A stretch of 64,000 bases of DNA from an uncultured Planctomycetaceae bacterium (GTDB lineage Bacteria; Planctomycetota; Planctomycetia; Isosphaerales; Isosphaeraceae), in assembly GCA_963833985.1 (NCBI GenBank), contig CAWIAD010000002.1, positions 6,272,001 to 6,336,000 on the forward strand, given 5' to 3'. Each line of letters begins with the position of its first letter. The stretch's first letter is position 1. The notes beneath the pieces are model-generated. The model ran no database searches. It was not told the DNA's origin and saw nothing but the letters and a program-made list of their open reading frames with translations. This document shows positions 42,425 to 52,859 of the stretch, one piece after another. The position numbers and the translations under genes were made by a program.

Positions 42425-43779
42425 ATGCGTTTCAAGGGCTGGGCCCACCGCCGTCGGCCTCCGTCGACGGTTCGCCAGCGGATGTTGCCGTTCCAGGAGC
42501 GCACCACCCGCCACCAGAAACTTTTCAAGCGATGGATCCTCATCGCCACCCTGGCCGTGCTGGCCGGGATGATCGGGGCATCGCGCCCGGCGCGTGACCG
42601 ACTGGTGCGCGGTGCCGAGCAGGCGCGTGAGGAGCTGCTGCGGCGGGTCTTCGGACTTCCGCCCGACCGCGCCCGGACCGACGCGCTCTGGCAGCAGCGC
42701 CGGCAGCGCGGCATCGAGGAGACCCGGCAGAGCCTGGCGCGGTTCTACAGCGGCACAACCGAGGAGCTGCGCGAGCTTTTCCGGGTCGCGGGGATGGACC
42801 CGGAGCATGCCCTGATCCGCTATGGTCGGGCCGATCAGGCGTTCGTCATCTCCCCGCAGGTTTTCGAGCCGGACGAGCACGGCCGCTCGTACCATTTCCG
42901 GCCTCGAGTCCGGTCGGTCTGGCTCCGCCAGATCACGATTCGCGACGGCCCCTTCGCGATGTTCCAGGTGCCCGATACCCCGAGGCACCGGCAGGCTGCG
43001 GCCGCGGCCGGTGCAATCGTTGACGAGGGGTCGGCACAGACGACCAATTCCTGGGGCCTGCGCGGGCCCGAGCCCGACCTCTCCGCACCACGCCGGGGCA
43101 TTATCCTGGGCGACTCGTTCATGCAGGGAATGTTCAACGGCGACAACGACACCCCGCCGCTCTGCCTCCAGCGGTTTCTCCAGTCCGCCTGGCACGAACG
43201 CGTCTCGATTCTGAACACCGGGCATATCGGCTACTCGCCGGAACAGTACTACCACAGCCTGCTCGCGTTCGGCGAGCGCTTCCCTCCCTTGTTCGTGGTC
43301 GTGAGCGTCTGCCCCAACGACTTCGGTGACGGTATGGCCGTACTCCGGGCGCGGGCGACTGGTACCAGGAAGCCGAGTACTGGCTCGGCGAGATTGCCCG
43401 CTGGTGCAGTTCGAGAGGCGTGCCTGTACTGGTGGTTGCGGTCCCGACCCATATCCAGGTGGAATCGGTCCGGCGCGACGCTCTCTATCCTGGCCAGGTC
43501 TGCGAGATCGTTCACATGGCCTCGACGCGCTACTGCTATCCGCTTGATGAGTTCATCGACGAGCATCTCAAGCTGGCCGCCGTGCCCAACGCGAAGGGCG
43601 TCCTTGGCGCTGAGAGCAAGCTCTACAATCGGCCCATTCATGACGACCACTTCTCGCCGGCAGGGGCCGAGCTCTGGGCCCGGATCGTCGGTAGGCGGCT
43701 GGTGCGGTTGCTGGCGCTGCGGGAGGCGCAGTCCGCCAGCCAGGCGGCCGGCGCGCTCAGTCCTAACGCGCCGCCTTGA
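42425..43779 (+). CDS. Membrane-anchored SGNH/GDSL hydrolase family protein (frameshift near 43350)
   Basis: NSWGLRG, ILGDSF, NTGHIGYSP and PND motifs, with DDHFS in the second frame. Confidence 0.8.
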
Positions 43780-44785
43780 GCGCCTGCGCGCCGCGGATCA
43801 GCCGATCCCACTGGAAGGCCGGTCCAGGATCCACCTTGTCGGTCTGCACATGGTAATGCCCCAGGATGCCCTGGTAGGCCCTCAGGTCAGCGTCGGGAAG
43901 CTTCGCGCGTAGCAGCTCGCCCTTGCCGTCGCGGGGGTAATCGCAACGAATCTTCGGGAACAGCGTGCAGAGCGTTGCGGTCAGGCGGATGAGGGAATCA
44001 TACTGCCGCTCCGTGAAGTCGTACTGGCGCAGCAGCTGGCCCTGGATCGTACCCACCACCGGCAGTTCGCGCGCGGGCCGCAAGATTGCCGTCCGGTCGC
44101 GCTGGGCCGATCGTTCCGGCCCCTCGGGAAGCATGATCTGCACGAACCCCCCTGCCCCACGCTGGTACCAGCGGTCCAGGGGCCCCGGCGCCGCGGCCGG
44201 ATAGGCCCCGATACTGGCGACCTCGATGCCGATGGAGCGGCCGTTGGCGACCGTCGCGTGCCAGGCCTGCTCCTTGACGTCCAGGGTCTGGTAAATGGTG
44301 CCGTCCAGGTCGAGCATGAAATGCACGCTCAGTCCGCGGATGTCGTGAAGGACCTCAAAGCAGGCCCGGCTCGTTCCCCGCGCATCGTAGTGAACGACGA
44401 ACTGGTCAATCACCCGGGCCAGCGTGGGCAGGTCCCAGCCGCCTCCGCGGACCCGCTCCAGGTCGTTGTCCGAGAGTCCCACCCGGCGCAGGCTGAAGCG
44501 GTTTTCGGGCGGCCGGTGGGCTATCTCGCGGGGGGCCGTAGCCGCCTGGTCCAGGGGTACGAACCGGCGCTCCAGCCGGTACGCGTCGTAGCCGCCTGGG
44601 TCCATCCACAACACGACCGGAGCCGTGGTGTGGTAAAGCTGGCCGCAGACGACGATCTCGTCGCCCTGCCGAATCAGCCGCTGGGCGACGGCCGGCTCCT
44701 CCTCCGCCGCGGTTCGGGGCAAGCCCATCCCCCCGGCCAGGCAAAAGAGGGTCAGGACTCCTGGCCGCAGGCACGGACCTCTCAT
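43763..44785 (-). CDS. N-acetylmuramoyl-L-alanine amidase (Amidase_2/AmpD-like), exported
   Basis: VVHYD, SVHF..D.DGTIYQ, AWHA..N..SIGIE and GHYH...KVDPG motifs. Signal peptide. Confidence 0.85.
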   Translation of the reverse strand: MRGPCLRPGVLTLFCLAGGMGLPRTAAEEEPAVAQRLIRQGDEIVVCGQLYHTTAPVVLWMDPGGYDAYRLERRFVPLDQAATAPREIAHRPPENRFSLRRVGLSDNDLERVRGGGWDLPTLARVIDQFVVHYDARGTSRACFEVLHDIRGLSVHFMLDLDGTIYQTLDVKEQAWHATVANGRSIGIEVASIGAYPAAAPGPLDRWYQRGAGGFVQIMLPEGPERSAQRDRTAILRPARELPVVGTIQGQLLRQYDFTERQYDSLIRLTATLCTLFPKIRCDYPRDGKGELLRAKLPDADLRAYQGILGHYHVQTDKVDPGPAFQWDRLIRGAQALKAAR

Positions 44786-45230
44786 CGGCTCGCTCCGATC
44801 CGGTAAGCAACGCGATCGGCCGGGAAACCTCACGATCACCAGCACTGCGGTTGTACCAGACGGCAGCCGTTCCGAGAACCACGGCCCGATCCGCATCGCC
44901 CACGGTTCGATCAGTCATGGCGACGGCCCCAGGGAGAACGAAGCGCAGCCGCGCGGCCGGCCGGGCCCGTCGGGATTCTTGTTGGTTCAGCCGGATGCAT
45001 ATGCGATACTCACGATCCCGATGAATTCCGCCGCCAAGGAGTGGCAAGCACATGATGATGCGCCCGGCTCTGGCGTCCTGCCGGGTATTCCGATGATAAT
45101 CAAGCTTGATCGCAAGACGGCGCCGGGCCCGGGCGAAGCCGCCGACCCAACAGCCTCTGCCTGATTCGCGATGCCTTCGCCAGCGGACGTTTTCGAGAGC
45201 ACAAGATCAGATGGATCCAGGAGGCCGGCC

Positions 45231-45761
45231 ATGGGTTTCTTCAATGCCTTGAAGCGGCTGCTGCCCCACACCTCAGCCCCGGGAGAGCCTGTCAGCGAGG
45301 AGGCGCGGCAACGCATTCGCGCGGCCTGGGGCCTGGACGAAGAGGAGAATGAGGGTGCGGCCCGGGACGAAGCCGCGGCCGCCGGCGACGGTCGCGCGCG
45401 GTCGTCCGAGACGGTGCCGGAAGTCAATGCGTCCCGCTTCGATCGCTCGCTCTGGGAAAAGCGCCTCAGGACCATCCTCGACGGCCTGCCGGGGACCGAG
45501 TCGCAGTGGCAGGCACTCTTGACCGACGCCCACGCCCTCCAGCTTGATCCGGAGTGGATCGCCGACCGCCAGCGCCAGGGATTTGCTTTCCTGGTCCGGA
45601 GGGCCGTGGCCGACAGGGTCATCTCCGAAGCCGATCACCACAAGCTCGACCTGGCGCGCAAGCTCATCGGCCTCTCCGAGGCCGAGGCCGAGGCCGCCGT
45701 GCACGCCATCCTTACCGAAGCCGAGGTCTTCTTCGGTTCCCCGGTCAAGGACGAAGCGTGA
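45231..45761 (+). CDS. Hypothetical protein with TerB-like helical C-terminus
   Basis: AGGAGG SD. AVADRVISEAD...L...RKLIGLSE resembles a TerB-type helix pair. Confidence 0.65.
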   Translation: MGFFNALKRLLPHTSAPGEPVSEEARQRIRAAWGLDEEENEGAARDEAAAAGDGRARSSETVPEVNASRFDRSLWEKRLRTILDGLPGTESQWQALLTDAHALQLDPEWIADRQRQGFAFLVRRAVADRVISEADHHKLDLARKLIGLSEAEAEAAVHAILTEAEVFFGSPVKDEA

Positions 45762-45867
45762 TCGATCTCGTGCGTCGATCGTGGCAATAACGCCTGCCGC
45801 GTTCCCCGCACTGTCTCGCGACGCGGCAATCAGCGTCCGTCTCCGGCCGGTTCCCAGCGAAAGCGGG

Positions 45868-45896
45868 TTGTCAGGAATAATCTCAAGCTGTATAAT
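45868..45896 (+). promoter_or_regulatory. Sigma70 promoter of the padR gene
   Basis: TTGTCA-N17-TATAAT in an AT-rich patch 30 bp upstream of the start. Confidence 0.7.
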
Positions 45897-45926
45897 CGTA
45901 GACGGATATTCATGAGGGACTGTTCG

Positions 45927-46555
45927 ATGGCACGCAAGGAAGGATCATCGAACCCGCTGGCGCTGGCGGTTCTGGTCTTGCTGGGTGAGCGGGCGATGCA
46001 TCCTTACGAGATCGCGGCGACACTCAAGATGAGGTACACGCACGGCAGCATCAAGATCCGCTATGGCTCGCTGTACACGGTGATCGAGAGCCTGGAGCGG
46101 GATGGTCTGGTCGTGGTGAAGGAGATCGTGCGCGAGGGCGCAGGCCCGAGCGCACGGTGTACGAGATCACGCCAGCCGGCCGGGAGCGCATGCAAGGCTG
46201 GCTGCGCGAGCTGATCGAACTGCCCGTCAAGGAATATCCCAGGTTCGAGGCGGCACTGGCGCTTCTGCCTGCCATTCCGCCGGCCGACGCGTGCCTTCTG
46301 CTGGAGGCTCGAGTCCGGCGCCTGGCGGCCATGTCGGAAGAAACCCGGGCCAGGATCGAGGTGGTCTCCAAGCTCGTGGAGCCGCTCTTCCTGGTCGAGA
46401 ATGAGTACCGGCTCTCGATCCTCGAGGCCGAGCGGCAATTCATCGACGAGCTTCTTCGTCGCATCAAGGAAGACCAGGCGTACACGCGAGCCTGGAGAGG
46501 CTTTCATCACGAGGGTCGCACGGAGCCGGAGGACGCGGCGGAAACTGCGTCGTGA
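45927..46555 (+). CDS. PadR family transcriptional regulator (frameshift near 46140)
   Basis: LAVLVLL.E..MHPYEI, GSLYTVIESLERDG, then RTVYEITPAGRE in the next frame. Confidence 0.85.
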
Positions 46556-46704
46556 TCCTGCCCCGGCGCTCCTCTCGGACGCCGCCGATCATGGATCGGC
46601 ACCGGCGGCCGCGGCGTTCTGTTCCAGATCCACCTGCGCACCGCGGCGACCTTCGCCGCTGACTCGATCGGCTCAACTTCCGAGCCAACAAGGAGCAGCT
46701 TTCC

Positions 46705-47085
46705 ATGCGCTTGAATCACCTGAATCTCGCGATCCCCGACGTGCCACGCACCCGCCAGTTCTTCGAAAAATACTTCGGGTTCCGCTGCCTGGGCGAGCCC
46801 GACCCCGAGAGCATCTCGGTGCTCGTCGACGAAACCGGGTTCGTGCTCACGCTGAGCAATTTCGGCAAGGTCAGCGAGGTCGCCTACCCCGGGGGGTTCC
46901 ACGTCGGCTTCAATCAGCCGAGCCGCGACCAGGTCGACGCGATGCACGAGCGGCTGAAAGCCGACGGGTTCGAGGTTGGACCGGCGAAGATGTTTCATGG
47001 AGCCTGGACCTTCTACTTCCAGGCGCCCGGCGGGGTCGTCGTGGAGGTCTTTCATCAGCCGCTGCCGGCGCCCGTGAGCCCATAG
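46705..47085 (+). CDS. VOC/glyoxalase family protein
   Basis: MRLNHLNL..D....FFEKYFGF, FHVGF and FYFQAPGG..VEV motifs. AGGAG SD. Confidence 0.88.
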   Translation: MRLNHLNLAIPDVPRTRQFFEKYFGFRCLGEPDPESISVLVDETGFVLTLSNFGKVSEVAYPGGFHVGFNQPSRDQVDAMHERLKADGFEVGPAKMFHGAWTFYFQAPGGVVVEVFHQPLPAPVSP

Positions 47086-47157
47086 TCATGGTTGTGGGCG
47101 CGCCGCGGATGCCATCCCCGGGGAGCGCCACGAACTGTCCGGACCTGTGAGCCGGCG

Positions 47158-47538
47158 CTACTGGAGCACGTCGGGGAGGGCCTGCGGCTTGCCCTCTCGG
47201 TCCACGCAGGCCAGTGTGGAGTGGCCTTCGGCCAGCAGTACGTGGTCGCGAAACAGTTGATAGGCGTGAACAATCTTCACGCGGGTGATCCTGGAGACGC
47301 TTGTCCGCAGCCGCAGCAAGTCGTCATAGTACGCCGGGCGTTTGAACTTGCAGCCAATGTCGACGATCACCAGGTAGTGCCCGGCGTCCTCGATCTCGCG
47401 ATACGTCAGCCCGCGCTGGCGGAGCAGCTCGGTGCGTCCCATCTCGAAGTAGACGAAGTAGTTCGCATGGTGTACCAGGCCCATGCGATCGGTCTCGGCA
47501 TACCGCACGCGAATCTCCAGGTCGTGCGCATCGGTCAT
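47158..47538 (-). CDS. Acyl-CoA thioesterase (YbgC/4HBT family)
   Basis: RVRYAETDRMGLVHHANYFVYFEMGRTE motif. Confidence 0.9.
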   Translation of the reverse strand: MTDAHDLEIRVRYAETDRMGLVHHANYFVYFEMGRTELLRQRGLTYREIEDAGHYLVIVDIGCKFKRPAYYDDLLRLRTSVSRITRVKIVHAYQLFRDHVLLAEGHSTLACVDREGKPQALPDVLQ

Positions 47539-47577
47539 GGCGGGTGTACCTCGTATTTTCAACCGCTGTGGGTCGCG

Positions 47578-48330
47578 CTAGCGGCGAACCGTGGTCCTTG
47601 GGCTCATCGCGTCTTCCGGCAGTACTGAGTTCCCGGGGGATGGCTGCGCGGGCCGTGTGACGGTGAGCAAGGGGTCCGGATCATAGGGCCACTGCTCGCG
47701 GCTCGGCGCCGGCGGCGCGTAGCCATCGGCAACCCAGCGACGGAAGACTGCGGGGTTGTGCTCGAGCCGTTTCCGGCGGAGCCATCCCTCATACCGGTCA
47801 AGAAACTCGGCCATGATCTTGCCGTCTCCCAGTCGAACGTACAAGAAGCGCAAGGAGAGCTGGCGGCGCGCACCTTCCAGGGTGGTGCCGGGACGCAAGA
47901 GTTCCACCACGGCCGCGGTGAGCCCGGTGCGCTCGGAGCCCCAGGCGCAGTGCATCAGCACCGGGTAGTCGCACGTATCGAGAACCTTCACGAGCGTTCT
48001 GAGCTGAATTCGAGACATCCACACGCAGGACGACAATGCGACATCGATCTGCGTGGCTCCCGCGGCCAGCGTGGCCTCGAGCTCATCGCGATACCAGGAC
48101 TCCTTCAGGTTCGGCCCGCGCAGGTTCAGCACAGTCCTGATGCCGTGCTCATGAAGGGTGCGCCGCAGTACGCGGGCCGGCATCTGGCCGGCACGGTAGA
48201 TCCGTCCCTGTTCCACGACCGCGAAGTTGGACGTCGCCTGGGTCCAGGCGATCCACCCGAGCGGAAACGCCAGAGTCAGCGCCAGCAGACTCGCGTACCA
48301 CCGGCTCCTTCGCCTGCGGTCCAGCTTCAT
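47578..48330 (-). CDS. Membrane-anchored protein-tyrosine phosphatase-like protein
   Basis: NFAVV..G.IYRAGQ, IRTVLNLRG and CX5R loop HCAWGSERTG. Confidence 0.85.
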   Translation of the reverse strand: MKLDRRRRSRWYASLLALTLAFPLGWIAWTQATSNFAVVEQGRIYRAGQMPARVLRRTLHEHGIRTVLNLRGPNLKESWYRDELEATLAAGATQIDVALSSCVWMSRIQLRTLVKVLDTCDYPVLMHCAWGSERTGLTAAVVELLRPGTTLEGARRQLSLRFLYVRLGDGKIMAEFLDRYEGWLRRKRLEHNPAVFRRWVADGYAPPAPSREQWPYDPDPLLTVTRPAQPSPGNSVLPEDAMSPRTTVRR

Positions 48331-48913
48331 GGCCTATCTCCCAGACCCCCTGGTCCCGAGCCGGCGCCAGGGAACGTTGAACCCTGGCGAACTCTTCGAT
48401 CAAGAACCGATCGTTGCGGTCGACAACCGCATCCGGGCGGGCCCACTGGAGGCACGAAACCGCCTGCCAGGCCTGCTCCGCGGTGTATCCTTGATGACGG
48501 ATGAGGTACGCGGCGTGGGCCAGGCTGGTGCGGTGATGTCCCGCGACACAGTGAAAAAAGACCGGCTGGCATGCAGGGTCGGCCAGCAGGTCGGCGGCAA
48601 GTGCCATCTGCTCAAGGGTGGCCCGGGAACCGCGCATCGGGATGACCACCCAGCGCACGCCGGTTTCCTTCACGACCTGGGCCTGGTCGACGAATTTGGG
48701 ATCAGCCGCATTGATCGCCGTCAGTGTCACAATGGTCTTGATGGCCTCACGGCTGATGATCCGGCGAAGCGGTTGCGGCCGTTGCCAGGCGCCGCGGACG
48801 AGCTGTCCCGGCACCACCACATGCACCCGCTTTTCGAACCAATCATCCCGGCGCAAGACCAGCAAGAGCAGCAGTCCCAGGACCAATGCCGCTACCAGCC
48901 CCAAGCTCGTCAT
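48327..48913 (-). CDS. Membrane-anchored protein-tyrosine/dual-specificity phosphatase-like protein (probable frameshift near 48370)
   Basis: CX5R loop HCVAGHHRTS. One missing base would end the gene at the ATGA overlap at 48327-48330. Start may be further upstream. Confidence 0.75.
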
Positions 48914-49191
48914 GGCCCCGAACCGACGCTTCACCCGGCCTACCTTTCCTTGCGAACGCGGATTCTCGCGTGCGCGGGACGTGGTGCGGGTGTGCGCCCC
49001 GCCCGCCCCGACGACTGGGCCGGATTGTAGCGGCGCTGCAAGTTCCGGCAAGTCCAACACGCGAGCAGAGCCCGAAGCGCCCGAAGCCGAAGCCCGAAGC
49101 GAACGAATCCGGTGGCGTGGGCGGGCTTGACGGAATGGACCTTGAGTCGTAGTTTCCGCCGGGACGGTCCTGCAAGGGCTCGCGTGTCGGG

Positions 49192-49750
49192 ATGCGCGGC
49201 GGACCCGCCCAGGGAGGTGGCCTCTTGCGGTCGGCAACAGCGGTCGCGGCATGCATCGTGATCCTCAGCGTCTGCGGGTGCGCCACCGTCACGCCCGAGG
49301 CGAAGCTCGCACCTGTGCTCGCGGCCATGTCGTACCGCGGAGCGCACGGCTCGGAGAGTTTCGGGGAGCCCCGGGCCCTGGTGCTGGCGGCCCTGCACGA
49401 TTCAATGAATGATCTGAACCTCGCGAGTATCCGCGGGATGCGTGACGGCACGGTTTCCCGCCTCGAGGCCACCACGGCCACGAAGGAACGGGTGATCGCC
49501 ACGATCCGTTCGCACAAGAATGTCACCCAGGTTTCGATCCGGGTCGGTTTCTTTGGTGACGAGCCGCTGACCCGAGCCATCTTCGAGCGCGTCGAGATGC
49601 GCCTGGGCAGCCGAGCGCCGGAAGGCATCCCCGCCAATCCGCCCTCCGCACCGGCGCAATCCCTATTTCGCCAGGGACGCCATCCCGGACTCCGTGATGC
49701 TCCGCGACTTCGCGGATGCGCCCTATCATGATCGTGTCATCCCGTGGTGA
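49192..49750 (+). CDS. DUF3568-like lipoprotein (frameshift near 49655)
   Basis: Lipobox VCGC and TQVSIRVGFFGDEPLTRAI motif. C-terminus continues NPYFARDAIPDS..IPW in the shifted frame. Confidence 0.65.
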
Positions 49751-49848
49751 GCGAATCGGCCGGATGGAAGCCGGGCGCGTGGGAGTTCTCCGGTGCCGCC
49801 GGTCTCCAGCAGCCTCATTCGACGCACCCACGGCGCACGGCCATGTTC

Positions 49849-50086
49849 CAATACCGTTGAAATAGCGCGAACGAAAAGGGGGGCAAGAGGTTTGCGACAG
49901 ACTTGCTCCCACCCTTTGCGTGGGAACACGGTTGGGACGCTCTCGATCCCTTGGATTTCCCAACCTCAGCACGGGTCCAATCGACGCGGAGCGTCGTAGA
50001 CGGCATTCCCACGCGGAGCGTGGGAACGAGGGGCAAACCTATGCCTGCACTCAACTTATCGCTATTTCAATATTTCAACGGTATTG
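49849..50086. mobile_element. Probable MITE with IS4-like terminal inverted repeats, containing REP-like hairpins
   Basis: Perfect 17-bp IR CCAATACCGTTGAAATA (49848-49864) / TATTTCAACGGTATTGG (50071-50087). The 10-nt flanks GGCCATGTTC and GGCTATGTAG match 7/10. Confidence 0.6.
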
Positions 50087-50886
50087 GGCTATGTAGGGAA
50101 CATGAGCGAACGCGAAGCGCAAGGAAATAGGGGCCGAAGCCCCTTTCGTTGGACACGTCTTTTTTTGGCCAGCGCCGGCTCGTGTCAGTCCCAGCATCCA
50201 TGCAGAACCAGAGCACGAACGGTGCGGCCAAGCAGGAACGGCACGGAACCGCTTGGACCGTGAGCGCCCCTCATCGGCAAGGTTGAACCCGACGCGCGCA
50301 TCCGTGCCGCCAGGAATCAGCACCTTTTTTTTCGGTAAAATCCGGCCTGCCAAGAACTGGCAAGCCAGTGAAAACGCAAGGAAGGTGAAATGGCTATAAG
50401 ACGATTTCTTGATGACGATGACGACGGCATGAAACAGTCTGAACCATTTCACGCCGTCCCGATGACGTCGGATAAATTACGACGGTTTTCGTTTCGAGTC
50501 AACCCTCTCCTGAGAAATTTTCAATGAAATATTCCGGGCATGCCTTGCTTCGCGGGGCCCGACCCATACGTCGGCGATCGATAGGTCCATGGTCCGCGGT
50601 CCTGACCGTCGACCGTCCGAGCCCGTGTGTCGACCGTGGTTTGGCCCACGACGAAGATGGACCGTTGCGTTGCCGCCACGCAGGTGAGACACTCGAAGAA
50701 GACGTCATGCCCGGAAAGGCCGGGTCGTTTCGGCTGGTCACTCAACGTATTATGGCCTAACTAGACGATAGCGTCGCATGCACGGGCCAGGAGGATGATG
50801 GACCGGGTCGGCAATCAATCCGCCGGGTTTCGCATCGCATATCCTTCGAGGAACTGCGGTCGGGAAGGCCGTCCGGGAGAGCTGGG

Positions 50887-51894
50887 ATGAGCATTCGCGT
50901 TGGCTTCGACCACTACACGATCGCCCACCGCGGCCTGACGCCCGAGCAGATTCTGGAGTTCGCTCGAACGCACGGCATGGACGGCGTGCAGTTCCTCGAG
51001 CCCGCCATGATCGACGCCGGCCTGGGCGCCGAGCGGCTTGCGGCGTTCCGTCGCCGCGCGGACTCAATGGGGCTCTACCTGGAGATCGGGCTCCCCTCTC
51101 CCAACCCTGTCCGCAAGTCACGCGAGCTGGGCCGGACGGTCCCGGTCGAGGAGATGGCCCGCTCACTCGAGCCGCAGCTCACGGCCGTCAAGTCGCTCGG
51201 CTGCCGGCACGCGCGTGTGTACGTGGGTGATCGGCACGATCGTTTTCGCTCCGACGTCGCCTGGCCGGTCCAGGTTGATGCGACCCGGGACGTTCTGGCC
51301 CTGCTCACCCCCCACCTCCTGGAGCTGGAACTGAAGCTGGCGATCGAAACCCACGCGGATTTCACGGCGTCTGAGTTGCTGGAGCTGCTGGAGCGGCTCG
51401 ATTCACGGGCCTTCGGCGTGACCCTGGACACGGGCAACCTGGTGATGCGGCTCGACGACCCAGTTGCCGCGGTCGCCCAGCTTGCCCCCTGGGTCCTTTG
51501 CACGCACATCAAGGACGCCATCCTCGCGTTCACGCCCCGGGGGATCTGCTGGCAGGCCCGGCCCGTTGGCTCGGGAATCCTGCCGATGACGGACATGCTC
51601 GCGCTCCTGATTCAGTCGCGCCCCGAGCTACCCTTGACCATCGAGCTGCACCCCAGGACCTACGACCTGCCGATCTTTGAAAAGAAATGGCTCGACCATT
51701 TCCCCGGCCTCACCTCGCAGGCCCTCGCCGCCGTGGTGCGGCTTGCGGTCCTCTGCGAGGGGCGCTACGCCGAGGGCACGCTGCTTCGCCCCGAATCGGT
51801 AGAGACCATTCCCTGGGCGAACCGCGACCATGACTGGCTGGCCAGCTCGCTGGGGTACCTGCGATCGGTCGTGCCCACACTGGCGAATCTTTAG
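50887..51894 (+). CDS. Sugar phosphate isomerase/epimerase (xylose isomerase-like TIM barrel)
   Basis: LAIETH, LDTGN, THIKD, GSG and TIE metal-binding motifs. Confidence 0.85.
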   Translation: MSIRVGFDHYTIAHRGLTPEQILEFARTHGMDGVQFLEPAMIDAGLGAERLAAFRRRADSMGLYLEIGLPSPNPVRKSRELGRTVPVEEMARSLEPQLTAVKSLGCRHARVYVGDRHDRFRSDVAWPVQVDATRDVLALLTPHLLELELKLAIETHADFTASELLELLERLDSRAFGVTLDTGNLVMRLDDPVAAVAQLAPWVLCTHIKDAILAFTPRGICWQARPVGSGILPMTDMLALLIQSRPELPLTIELHPRTYDLPIFEKKWLDHFPGLTSQALAAVVRLAVLCEGRYAEGTLLRPESVETIPWANRDHDWLASSLGYLRSVVPTLANL

Positions 51895-52631
51895 GACTCC
51901 GGGCCCTCGAGCCACGACAGCTCGAGATGCACCGGACGGAGCTCCGCCACCAGCGCGGGGTATTCCCGCTCCAGCCGGGCGAATCGGTCCTTCACCACGC
52001 GGTAGGCCTCCAGCCGGCGCACCAGGAACAGTGCGGCGAAGACGAGTGCAAGCAGCGGCGCCAGAAAGCGCGGCAAGGGGACGTGGACGGTCGTGAAGAA
52101 GATCACGACCAGTCCGATCCAGGCCGCGACCGCAAGGGGAATGAGTACGGTCATGCTGTTCCAGAGCCAGTATTCCCACGGGGCCGCCTGGCCTTGGAAG
52201 CGCTGCAAGACGAAGTTCCTGGGATATGACGTGCGAAAGACGGTGAGCCGGTAGGTCCCGGGAGGGATGCTGAGCGTGGCGCCCATGTGCGGGTGGCTGC
52301 GCAGCAGGCTGTCGTCGTCCCGATAAGCGTATTCCGAGCCCGCGAACACGAGCCGCCCGGTGGGAACGAGAAATGGTTCGATGGTTGCCGGCTCCAGCGC
52401 GTACCGCTCCAGTTCCCTCGGCACCGGCTCGCCCAGGTAAAGGTGCAGCAGGTATCGGCCGTCGCCATCCGTTTCAATCCAGCAGGCCCTGCCCTGCCGG
52501 TCGAGCCCGTCCAGAAGGTCCACCGTGAGGGCCTGGAACGAGCGCTCGAAATCGGCGGGCAGCGCACCGGGATCGAAGAGCAGCAGCGAGGCCACGTCCG
52601 TTCCCGCTTCCAGGACATGCCGCATGATCAT
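51891..52631 (-). CDS. Hypothetical membrane protein
   Basis: Only the last ~246 aa of the long track ORF look coding (GTDVASLLLFDP, DGDG, two C-terminal TM helices). Confidence 0.7.
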   Translation of the reverse strand: MIMRHVLEAGTDVASLLLFDPGALPADFERSFQALTVDLLDGLDRQGRACWIETDGDGRYLLHLYLGEPVPRELERYALEPATIEPFLVPTGRLVFAGSEYAYRDDDSLLRSHPHMGATLSIPPGTYRLTVFRTSYPRNFVLQRFQGQAAPWEYWLWNSMTVLIPLAVAAWIGLVVIFFTTVHVPLPRFLAPLLALVFAALFLVRRLEAYRVVKDRFARLEREYPALVAELRPVHLELSWLEGPES

Positions 52632-52859
52632 GGTCCTCAGGCTCACCACTGCCGTGGCCATCGCCACTGCATTGCCCGCGGGAGGCAGCCCTATGATACA
52701 CACGAGAATCGCTCTTCCGACGGTGCCGTGACCGCGAGAGCGGTGGCGGGGTCCAGCCTGCTGGCCAAGCAGGATCCTGAGCGGTAAGATCAGGCCCGGT
52801 ACAGGGTCGGTCCGCGTGGTGGACCTGTGCCCAGGCCTCGAGATCCGGGCATCCGTGGA

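Noticed and set aside
48149..48330. Long same-strand overlap between the two phosphatase genes
   Set aside because: One missing base near 48370 restores a normal ATGA stop/start overlap.
50075..50452. 125-aa minus-strand ORF in the intergenic gap
   Set aside because: Atypical codon usage, no motifs, and it runs into the MITE end.
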